Shown here piece by piece: positions 1-9,000 of a stretch of 64,000 bases of DNA (positions are counted from its first letter, which is position 1; the number at the start of each line of letters is the position of its first letter). Position numbers and translations under genes: made by a program. Origin of the DNA: an uncultured Haliangium sp. (lineage in GTDB: Bacteria > Pseudomonadota > Gammaproteobacteria > GCA-001735895). The notes beneath the pieces are model-generated. The model was given only the letters and a program-made list of their open reading frames with translations, had not been told where the DNA came from and made no database searches. The stretch is taken from the NCBI GenBank assembly GCA_964195735.1, contig CAXMQY010000061.1, forward strand, positions 1,131 through 65,130, in the 5' to 3' direction.

Positions 1-191
1 GTGATATCGAGCGTCAGCGGGTAACAGTTCGCGCCCAGCTCGTCGCAGAGACTGTGTAATTTCGCCTCATTACGCGCGGCCGCGACCACGCGGAACCCGT
101 TGTCAACCAGCTGTCGGCAAATCGCCGCGCCGATACCGCCGCTCGCGCCAGAAACCAGCGCAAGCGATACTGGCCGATCGTGTTCATTCAT
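1..191 (-). CDS. short-chain dehydrogenase/reductase (SDR), N-terminal fragment cut by the window edge
   Basis: Minus-strand translation from the ATG at 191..189 gives MNEHDRPVSLALVSGASGGIGAAICRQLVDNGFRVVAAARN... The Gly-rich Rossmann motif SGASGGIG is typical of classical SDRs. The ATG overlaps the TGA of the upstream LysR gene (TGATG). Confidence 0.7.
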   Translation of the reverse strand, partial: MNEHDRPVSLALVSGASGGIGAAICRQLVDNGFRVVAAARNEAKLHSLCDELGANCYPLTLDI

Positions 192-1081
192 CAGGATGCT
201 CCCAGTTCAGATTGAATTGCTTCCAGCAGTTTGTCCATCTGCCGGGTCGGAATGCCTGCCGAGAACCGGGCGACGTGCTGAATCGGTGGCGGTTGCGGCA
301 AATCCGGGTGGTCGATCCTGAGACCCCGGCTGTCGCCGCGGCGCAGACCCTGCGCGCGTTGCTCGAGCACGCCGAGATTGACAAGGCCGATACCGAGCCC
401 GCTGTGCACCGCATTGACCATGCCATCGATACTCGGGCATTCGAACACGACGCGCAACTTGCGGTTGTCGCGCGCCAGCGCCTGCTCGGCCCAGGCCTTG
501 TAGAAACAATCCTTGTGGTAGGTGACATAAGGGATCGGCCGGGCGAGATCGAGCACGAAATCCTCCGCCAGCAGCCACGCTATGCTTTGCTTGCCGATGG
601 CCCGGTCCGTCGGCAAGCGCTCCGACTCGAACACTTCGATCAAGGCCATGTCGACCTCGCCACCCTGCAACCAGCGCAACAGTTTGGGCGTGTGCGCGAC
701 GCGCGAGGTCAGCGCCACGTTCGGAAAGCTGGTCGAAAAACTGGACAGGATATGCGCCATTCCGGGCGCGCTGACATCCTCGGTAATGCCTAGGCGCAAC
801 TCACCGGCGAGGTCGCTCTGGTGGAAACTGGCGCAGGCCTCGTCGTGCAGGCGCACCAGGCGTCGCGCATAGTCGAGCAACTTCTCGCCGTCACCGGTAA
901 ACACCAGGCGGCCGTCGGAGCGCGTAAACAGGCTGCGATTGAGTTTGCCCTCGAGCCGTTTCATCTTGTGGCTGACCGCCGACTGCGAAAGGTTCAGACG
1001 CTTCGCCGCACGCGTGACGCCACCGGCTTCGGCGATCAGGGTAAGGGCGCGCATGGAATCGATATCGAGCGTGGACATCAT
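191..1081 (-). CDS. LysR-family transcriptional regulator
   Basis: 296-aa ORF. It has an N-terminal winged HTH (RAAKRLNLSQSAVSHKMKRLEGKL) and an LTTR-type effector domain. It is divergent from the operon starting at 1175. Confidence 0.9.
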   Translation of the reverse strand: MMSTLDIDSMRALTLIAEAGGVTRAAKRLNLSQSAVSHKMKRLEGKLNRSLFTRSDGRLVFTGDGEKLLDYARRLVRLHDEACASFHQSDLAGELRLGITEDVSAPGMAHILSSFSTSFPNVALTSRVAHTPKLLRWLQGGEVDMALIEVFESERLPTDRAIGKQSIAWLLAEDFVLDLARPIPYVTYHKDCFYKAWAEQALARDNRKLRVVFECPSIDGMVNAVHSGLGIGLVNLGVLEQRAQGLRRGDSRGLRIDHPDLPQPPPIQHVARFSAGIPTRQMDKLLEAIQSELGAS

Positions 1082-1174
1082 GACAAAATTCGATGGAAGT
1101 TATGAAAATATATCGTTTTGTTCATGCGCAGACAATGGTTATATTCAGCTTCTGTTTGTTTCCGTCATACGCCG

Positions 1175-3157
1175 ATGAGTCACTACAAGAATATATTCCA
1201 GCCCCTGACGCTGCGCCATCGCCAGCTCGACAACCGCATCGTGTTCGGTGCGCACACCGCCAACATGGCCGATCTCGGTCTGCCAGGTGAGCGCCATCGT
1301 GGCTATTACGAGGAGCGCGCGCGCGGCGGCGCGGCTATGATCGTGGTCGAACCCATGCCGGTGCACGCGACCGCGGTGCTGACGCGCGGTAACTTTCGCC
1401 ACGGTGACGATGCCGTGATCCCGCATTTTCGCAAGGTCACCGATGCCGTGCACGCGCACGGTACGACGATCCTGCAGCAGCTGTACCACGTCGGCCAGCA
1501 CGGCGATTCGGACCTTTCCTTCATGCCGCACTGGGGGCCGTCGGGGCTGGCGTCCTACCACGATTCAGACGGCAGCCACGCGATGCGCGAGAGCGAAATT
1601 CTGGAAGTTATCGAGTGCTTCACCAATGCTGCCAGACGTTGCCAGGCAGCCGGCTTCGACGGTGTCGACCTGTTCGCCGCATACAATGCCCTGCTCGACC
1701 AGTTCTGGACGCCGTGGTCGAACAAGCGCGACGACCGCTGGGGCGGATCGCTGCAGAACCGCTGTCGTCTGTCGCTATCGATCATCAACTCGATTCGCGA
1801 GGCCTGCGGCGAGGATTTCATCATCGGCATGTCGATCAGTTACTCCGAAGAGACAACTTACATGATGACGCTCGAGCAACTGCAGGAGGTCATCGTCACC
1901 CACGACAACACCGGCAATCTCGATTATGTATCTTGTGGCGCCGGCAATTACATTGACTATGATCGCCTCATGGCCACCTTCGTTTACGGTGAAAAACAGG
2001 GCGTGCCACTCGCTGCCGCACTTAAGTCGGTGGTCAGCCATGCTCGCATTACCGCCGAGTGCCACATCCGCACCCCTGAAAATGCCGACTACACGCTTGC
2101 CAGCGGCGATTCAGACCTGGTCTCCATCGTGCGTGGGCAGATCGCGGATCCTCACTGGGTCAACAAAACCCGCGACAACCGCCATGACGATATCCGCGGC
2201 TGCATTTCCTGCAACCAGATGTGCTGGGGCCGACGCTCCCGCGACTACTGGATTTCATGCCTGGTCAACCCCTCTGCCGGCCGTGAGTTCGAATGGGGCG
2301 GGGACCGCTTCGACCAGATCGAGACCGCAAGGAGAGTGCTAGTGGTCGGTGGCGGACCGGCGGGCATGGAAGCGGCGCGTGTCGCCGCCGAACGCGGCCA
2401 CGAAGTCACCCTGTGCGAGGCGCTTGGCGATCTCGGCGGTCAGTTCCGGCTCGCCGGGCTCGCGCCGCGGCGTGGGCAGATCACCGAATTGATCGGCTGG
2501 TACCTGCGCCAGCTCGAAAAACTGGGCGTCGAAGTGCATTACTTTGCGCCGATGGATGAGCAGGATATCGCCGAATTTGGCGCCGATGAAGTGGTATTGG
2601 CGACCGGCTCACTACCGGACGCAAGCGCGCGGCAGCGCTGGCTGCCCGAGGCTGATGAATTGCCCGGTCTGGCGAACGGCAAGGTGTATTCCTGCGAAGA
2701 AGTGTTGCGCGAACAGGCCGACCTCGGCAAAGCGGTGATCGTGCTCGACGAGGGTGGCAACTGGCGCGGCACCGGTACCGCCTGGTTCCTGGCCGATCGA
2801 GGTCACGAGGTTACTATCGTCACGCCCGATGCGATGATCGGCAAAGAGTTGACACGCACCACCTCTGATTTCCAGATCCGCTCGAACCTGGCAAAACTCG
2901 GCGCGACCTTCATGCTCGAGTCGGTAATCGAGCACTGGCACGGTGACCGCGCCGAGGTATGCTCGCTGCTCGACGGCTCAACGTCGACCGTTAATGCTTC
3001 GGCAATCGTTACTGCAACCACCAACCGCGTCGATAACACGGTCGAACTCGCACTCGCCGAAAGCGGTATTCGCTTTCACCTGATCGGCGATGCGGCCGCG
3101 CCGCGCACGGCGCCCTTTGCATTTCACGACGGCCGCAAGATCGGCCTGTCACTTTAA
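1175..3157 (+). CDS. FMN/Fe-S/FAD flavoprotein of the trimethylamine dehydrogenase / 2,4-dienoyl-CoA reductase / DgcA-like (OYE) family
   Basis: The ORF opens at TTG 1118, but the likely start is ATG 1175 (MSHYKNIFQPLTL). It has an OYE-type N-terminus (LDNRIVFGAHTANM), the Cys cluster CISCNQMCWGRRSRDYWISC, and a dinucleotide-binding motif VLVVGGGPAGMEAA. Confidence 0.8.
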   Translation: MSHYKNIFQPLTLRHRQLDNRIVFGAHTANMADLGLPGERHRGYYEERARGGAAMIVVEPMPVHATAVLTRGNFRHGDDAVIPHFRKVTDAVHAHGTTILQQLYHVGQHGDSDLSFMPHWGPSGLASYHDSDGSHAMRESEILEVIECFTNAARRCQAAGFDGVDLFAAYNALLDQFWTPWSNKRDDRWGGSLQNRCRLSLSIINSIREACGEDFIIGMSISYSEETTYMMTLEQLQEVIVTHDNTGNLDYVSCGAGNYIDYDRLMATFVYGEKQGVPLAAALKSVVSHARITAECHIRTPENADYTLASGDSDLVSIVRGQIADPHWVNKTRDNRHDDIRGCISCNQMCWGRRSRDYWISCLVNPSAGREFEWGGDRFDQIETARRVLVVGGGPAGMEAARVAAERGHEVTLCEALGDLGGQFRLAGLAPRRGQITELIGWYLRQLEKLGVEVHYFAPMDEQDIAEFGADEVVLATGSLPDASARQRWLPEADELPGLANGKVYSCEEVLREQADLGKAVIVLDEGGNWRGTGTAWFLADRGHEVTIVTPDAMIGKELTRTTSDFQIRSNLAKLGATFMLESVIEHWHGDRAEVCSLLDGSTSTVNASAIVTATTNRVDNTVELALAESGIRFHLIGDAAAPRTAPFAFHDGRKIGLSL

Positions 3158-3181
3158 ACACAGTCACTTTAAACGGAGACC

Positions 3182-4060
3182 ATGATGGCAGATCTCAGGG
3201 GCATCAACCTCGCCATGCAAACGCCGATGCATGCCGATGGCAGCATCGATTACGCGCGCTGGGAAGAGTTGATCGATATCTATGTCGATAGCGGCATCCA
3301 GGGCCTGGTACTCGGTGCAGGCACCGGGCAACACCCCTACCTGACCCGCGCCGAATGCGACCGTCTCTACGAACTCGGCGCAAGGCGCATCGACGGCCGC
3401 TGCAACCTGATATGCCAGACCTCGGCGCTGGTGGTCGACGAAGTGTGCGACCGATCGAAGCATGCGCAAGACCTTGGTGCGGACGCGCTGATGATATTAC
3501 CCCCCTACCTGGAAGGACCCGAGGACGATGACGGCCTGCTCGAGTTTTACCGTCATATCGATGCGGCCGTTGAAATAGACATCATCGGTTACAACATTCC
3601 GCAAACCACAGGCATCGGTATTTCGGTCGACCTGTTCAGGCGCCTCAATCAACTGGAGCACTTCAATTACATCAAGGACAGCGCCGGCGATCTGACCACC
3701 CACCAGGAGTACCTTGCCACCGGCTACAAGGTTCTGAACGGATGCGACCCCAATACCGTGTTTGCCCTCATCGCCGGTGCCGAGGGTTGTATCTGGGGCG
3801 GCGCAAACTACATGCCACGCGAGAGCGTACAGCTCTACGCGCTGGTCGCCGCGGGTGATCTTTCGGCCGCCATGTCCCTGTGGTCACGCATGATTCCGTC
3901 GCTGCTCTATATCTGGCGTGGACACTACATCGCCAAGGTCAAGGCTGCCAGTCGGATGCGCGGTTTCGACGCAGGCGCGGTGCGTGCACCGCTGCGAGAT
4001 CTCGATGCGGGAAGCGAGCTCGAACTCGCAAAATGCCTCGAACCCCTCGACCGGGAATGA
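3182..4060 (+). CDS. dihydrodipicolinate synthase (DHDPS/NAL) family class I aldolase/lyase; substrate unknown
   Basis: 292-aa ORF with GGAG 7 nt upstream. Family motifs are GLVLGAGTGQHPYLT, YNIPQTTG and the Schiff-base lysine context NYIKDSAGD. Confidence 0.8.
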   Translation: MMADLRGINLAMQTPMHADGSIDYARWEELIDIYVDSGIQGLVLGAGTGQHPYLTRAECDRLYELGARRIDGRCNLICQTSALVVDEVCDRSKHAQDLGADALMILPPYLEGPEDDDGLLEFYRHIDAAVEIDIIGYNIPQTTGIGISVDLFRRLNQLEHFNYIKDSAGDLTTHQEYLATGYKVLNGCDPNTVFALIAGAEGCIWGGANYMPRESVQLYALVAAGDLSAAMSLWSRMIPSLLYIWRGHYIAKVKAASRMRGFDAGAVRAPLRDLDAGSELELAKCLEPLDRE

Positions 4061-4074
4061 CCTGTTTATGAGCA

Positions 4075-4258
4075 CTAGCCTGCATATTTCACCGATGTTC
4101 GTAGCGAGGGCGTCGAAAAGACGCTGTGGCAGGCCGCACGGACCAGAGGTCCGCGCAGGCGTAGTTTCAATTACGTTGAGCGGGCCGTCGGGAGTACGGA
4201 CTGCCACAGTGCGCTTTGCGGCGTCCGCAGCAGAAGATCGGTGAAATATGCAGGCTAG
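4075..4258. repeat. 184-bp imperfect palindrome (MITE-like or structured leader) with perfect 22-bp terminal inverted repeats
   Basis: CTAGCCTGCATATTTCACCGAT at 4075..4096 is the exact reverse complement of 4237..4258. The interior arms are partly complementary (for example CTGTGGCAG / CTGCCACAG). The element fills the DHDPS-like/mttB spacer. Confidence 0.75.
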
Positions 4259-5762
4259 ACGCAGACGACAGGGCGGCAGCAGCGGACGGCGCAAGCGAAT
4301 AGCGAACGCCGCCATCGTGCATCACCCGGAAATCCGGCGCGGCATTCCGATCATGGAGGTCACCAACCAGGAAGGGATCGAGCTGGTCCACGATTTCGCG
4401 ATGCGCGTGGTAGAGCAGATCGGCTGCGATTTCCAGGACGGCGAGTCACTCGACTACTGGCGCCAGACCGGCGCCGAGATTGACGGCGACCGCGTGCGCA
4501 TTGGCCGCGAGGAATTGATGACGTTGATCGGCAGCATTCCGTCTTCCTACCTGCACCACGCGCGCAACCCGGAGCGCACGGTGCGCATCGGTGACGGCCA
4601 CGCGGTGGTATCGCCCTCCTACGGCGCGCCCTTCGTGCGCGACATGGACGGTGTGCGCCGCTACGCGACGCTGGAGGATCTCAACAACTTGCAGAAACTC
4701 AACCACATGGCGTCGACAGTGCACATTGCCGGCGGCACCATCGTCGAACCGGTCGACATCCCGGTCCCGCATCGCCACATGCACATGGCTTACAGCGGCC
4801 TCAAATACTCGGACAAACCGATCATCGGCAATGTCACCGCGCGCGAGCGCGCCGAGGACACGATGGAAATGATGAAACTCGTGTTCGGCACCGAATTCGC
4901 CACCAACAACACCGTGACCACGTCGCTGATCAACTCCAATTCTCCGCTGGTCTGGGACGAAACCATGCTGGACGCGCTCAAGGTATACGCGATGAACAAC
5001 CAGGCGGTTATGTGCTCGCCATTCTCGATGGCGGCGGCGAGCACCCCGGCAAGCAACGTCGGCACCGTCGGCGTGGTGCTGGCCGAGGCGTTGATGGCGA
5101 TGGCGATGACCCAGGTGATCCGCCCCGGCTCGCCGATGTTGTTCGGCGTACCGGCGATGACGGTCGCGCTCAACAGCGGCGCGCCGGTGCACGGTTCGCC
5201 GGATTCGGCGCTGGTGCAGTTCCTGTCAAGCGCGATGGCGCGATTCTATAAGCTGCCGCATCGCTCGATACTGAATGTCGCGACATCGAAATCCGGCGAC
5301 ATGCAGGCGGCCTACGATTCGATGTGGGGACTGTTCCCGAGCATGCTCTCCGACGCCAACTGGATGACCATGGCCGGCGGCATGCTGGAAGGCGCACTTA
5401 CTGTCGGCTACGGCAAGACGATGATCGACTTCGAACAGCTCGACGCCTTTTACCATTTCCTGCAGGGCCCGAAGTTCAGCGACATCGAAGAAGTCTTCGA
5501 AGCAACCAAACGCGTCGGTCCGGGCGGACACTTCCTCGGCGAAACCCACACCCTGCACAGCAACCTGTTCATCTTCGATTCGCAGCACAACAACTCATAC
5601 GAACAGTGGGACGTGGAAGGCCGCCTCGATAGTGAGGCCGTGGGTGTGCGCAAGGCAAAGCAGTGGCTCGACAAATACCAGGCGCCGCCGATCGATGCGG
5701 CGCTGGACGAGGCACTACTCGATTACATCGCGCGTCGCAGCGACGAAATTCCGACCGGCTGA
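4248..5762 (+). CDS. trimethylamine methyltransferase (MttB) superfamily protein, non-pyrrolysine type
   Basis: 504-aa uninterrupted ORF. It is a paralogue of the 24718..26250 gene and shares the same Arg-rich N-terminus (MQARRRRQGGSSGRRKR vs MSETGRSKRRRGGSRAAM), followed by the conserved ELVHDFAMRVVEQIG region. The start is uncertain; ATG 4353 is the alternative. Confidence 0.8.
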   Translation: MQARRRRQGGSSGRRKRIANAAIVHHPEIRRGIPIMEVTNQEGIELVHDFAMRVVEQIGCDFQDGESLDYWRQTGAEIDGDRVRIGREELMTLIGSIPSSYLHHARNPERTVRIGDGHAVVSPSYGAPFVRDMDGVRRYATLEDLNNLQKLNHMASTVHIAGGTIVEPVDIPVPHRHMHMAYSGLKYSDKPIIGNVTARERAEDTMEMMKLVFGTEFATNNTVTTSLINSNSPLVWDETMLDALKVYAMNNQAVMCSPFSMAAASTPASNVGTVGVVLAEALMAMAMTQVIRPGSPMLFGVPAMTVALNSGAPVHGSPDSALVQFLSSAMARFYKLPHRSILNVATSKSGDMQAAYDSMWGLFPSMLSDANWMTMAGGMLEGALTVGYGKTMIDFEQLDAFYHFLQGPKFSDIEEVFEATKRVGPGGHFLGETHTLHSNLFIFDSQHNNSYEQWDVEGRLDSEAVGVRKAKQWLDKYQAPPIDAALDEALLDYIARRSDEIPTG

Positions 5763-5771
5763 CACAGCCTG

Positions 5772-6059
5772 ATAACCGGGGACAGACCATAATGGCCCAA
5801 AAACCGTCATTGCGAGGAGTGCAGCGACGAAGCAATCTCCATCTGGCTGGCTCCAGTTCGATAGATTGCTTCGCTGCGCTCTTGATGAACTTAAACTGTT
5901 TTTGCGAGACTCACAGGGCCTAAAGGAACGCCAGAGACGCGGCAATCTCCAAGTACTTGGTTTTAAGCAATAAGATTGCTTCGCTTCGCTCGCAATGACG
6001 ATAGTTTTGGGTTAAGTAAGTGCCATTGTGCTCTGTCCCCGGTTATTGTCCCCGGTTAT
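5772..6059. repeat. composite palindromic intergenic repeat cluster
   Basis: Inverted copies of about 70 bp lie at 5772..5838 and 5969..6046, each carrying GTCATTGCGAG...CGAAGCAATCT. Further partial units (AGATTGCTTCGCTGCGCTC, GCAATCTCCA) lie between them. The termini are ATAACCGGGGACA (5772..5784) and its complement TGTCCCCGGTTAT, which is present twice in perfect tandem (6034..6046, 6047..6059). Confidence 0.8.
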
Positions 6060-9000
6060 TTATTCCGACTCGAGCGCCGCATCGAGCGCGCGCCGACTCA
6101 GGTTAAATCCGCTCTTGTCCGCCGCCTCGCCGAGACGTTGCAACTGCGCCAGCGTTTGCGCGTCGCGCTGACCGCGGCCATGCGCCGCGAGCGCACGTCC
6201 ACGCGCGATAAAGTAATCGCTGCGCGGCAAGGGTTGCGCACGGGTATAGTCCTCCAGCGCAGCGGCGTAAGCTTCGACCTCATCCCAGGCGCCGATCTGC
6301 AGGCAGGCTTCCATCGCATCTTCGTAGAAGTTGAGATAATTATGGCCGACGCTGCCGGCATCCAGTATCGTCCCGGCTTCCGCCAGCGCCTGGTGGCACT
6401 GCTGTTCATTCTCGGCGGCCAGCGCCAGGATGCCGAGCGCGATCGGTCCGCCGAAAGTCATACCCGATTCTGATTCTCGCAGTATCGCGATACCCTGCCG
6501 GACCAGTTTGCACGCGCCTTCACGATCGCCGCGCAGTAGCGCGAAGCGCCCAAGCAGGTAGAAGCAAACGCCCTCGAACAGTCGCGCCTGGCTGCGGCGA
6601 ATGATCTTCATGCTCGATTTCAACCATTTCTCGCCTTCCCTGTAATCGCCCACCAGCGCCCAGAACGATCCACCGATCATCAATGCCAGCATCTGCGCGC
6701 GCGGATCGTTGATCAGCACCGCCTGCTCCGCGGCTTCGCGGTATCCGGCGATGGCCGCTTCGGTTTTCACCTGCCAGCAACTCACATAACTGCGCAACGA
6801 CAGGTTTGCCGCGATGATCCGGCCGAAACCGTGTGCACGCGCCAGTTCGATGCACTGATCGAAGTAATCCTGCGCCGAGATGAAGCGCCCACGATTGTAT
6901 TCAGCGTTGGCGAGCCCGCTCAGCGCACGCGCCTCAACCTCGGGCGATTCGGCCGCGCGCGCATACTCGAGCGAGCACATGTTCGACTGCAGGCAGGCCT
7001 CGATCTCGCCACGGTAAAAATGCACGTTGCCGATGATTCGATGAATACGCGCACGCTCGAGCGCGAGCCCATGTTCGTTCGCGACCGCGGTCGCATTTTC
7101 GAGCACATCGAGCGCATCGCGATGCTCGCCGGTAGCCGCCAACCCCTCAGCCATGCCGATCCAGGCATTGCAGCGCCCGATCTCGCCACCCGCGACCAGG
7201 GTCGCGTTGCGATAGGCCTCGATCGATTCGGCGATATCGCCGTGGATGCGCAACAGCTCGCCTTCCAGGCACTTGAGCGCGAAAGATTCATCCTCGGGCG
7301 CGATCTCAAGCCCGCGTCGCACCAGCTGCAGGGCGCGTTCCGGTCGATACAGCGCTGACTCGCTCCGTGCCGCCATGAGGTAGGCATCTACGGCACTGGC
7401 GTCACCCGCACGATCAAGGTGCTCGGCCTGCAGAATGTAATCTCTTTTGCCATACCAGGCGGCGGCCTTGCGATGCAACGCGTTACGCTGATTCTTCAGC
7501 AAGGATGCATAGATGCCGCCCTGGATGAGCGCATGGGCAAACATGAACAGTGCTCCATCCGGGCGCACCAGGTGATGCGCTATCATTTGCCGGCAGTCGT
7601 AATCGGGATCTTCGACAAGATGCCGCAAACCATCGAGATCGAAACGCTGGCCGAGTATCGACGCGGCGCGTAAGGCCAGCTTGTCGGCGCCAGCCAACTG
7701 GTCGATGCGCGCGAGCACTATGCTTTTGATCGAATCCGGCACACTGTCGATACCACCGCGTTCAGTCACCAGCAGGAGTTGCTCGAGGAATAGCGGATTG
7801 CCCTCGGCGCGCGCGATACACTGGTGTACGAATTCGTCTTTTCCAGCCGCAAAGCCCGTCGCCAGTTGCAGTGATTCCTCGGCGCGCAACGGACCCAGGT
7901 CCCAGGTGACGCTCGGGTGTTCGCCGGCGCGGGCGCGCCAGTTGATATCGATGGGATCATCTTCCAGGCGCGTTGTCATCAGCAGCAACACCGGGCTATC
8001 GGCCAGCTCCTGCGCAAGGTAAGCCAGGTATTCGAGGGTTACCGCATCCGCCCAGTGCAAGCCTTCGATCACCAGCAGCATGGGCTGTTCGGCGGCAAGC
8101 CGGGTGACGATCTGGCCCACGACCCGGTGCTTACCCTCGATACGGGTGCGCGCCTCCATCGCATCGTACAGTGTGCGCAGCGCCAGCGGCTGGCGCAGGT
8201 CGAGCAGGTCATTGAGGAAAACGCGCTGATCGGGCCGGGTAATACCGGTCTTTACCGCGGCATCTAGCGCCTGCGCGCGCTTGCGCTTGCTGCTGGCCGG
8301 AGCGATACCGAGAAAATCGCGCACCAGCGATGGTATCGCCGCCTGCCCCTTGCCCGTACCAAAATCCAGCACCACCGCCTGGTAGGTCAGGTAACCGTCT
8401 TGCCGGGCGAGGTTCATCAATTCCTCGGACAGGCGGGTTTTGCCAATTCCGGGTTCACCACGAATCAACAGGCCCTGCCCGTGCCCACTATCGCCACAGG
8501 CCTGCAACAGGCCGCGAAACTGGGCCTGCTCAAAAACCCGGCCAACGATAGGTTGCGAAGGCGGGATGTCGGCGGGACCGCTCGCGCTTCGAATCCTGTC
8601 GAGAACGAACACCGATATCGGCTGCGACAGGCCTTTTACGCTGACTTCGCCGTAATCCGTGGTTTCGACCCACTGCTCGGCGAGGGTGCGCGTTTTCTCG
8701 GTCATGAGGATACTGCCGGCATCCGCGCTTTGCTCCATGCGTGCCGCCACCGGCACGTTGGGTCCCGACGCATCGTACTCGGGCTTGCCGGGATCGTCGC
8801 CCACTTCGAGCACCACCACTTCGCCCGAATGCAGGCCGACGCGGATGCGAATACCCTCGGCATGATTCTGTTTCAGTTTTTTCGAGTAGCGGCTTATCGA
8901 CAGCTGCATGTCCAGCGCGGCCTTGCAAGCCTCCAGCGCGTGCCGCTCGCTCGCCAGCGGCGCGCCGAACATAGCCATAACGCCATCGCCCATGATCCGG

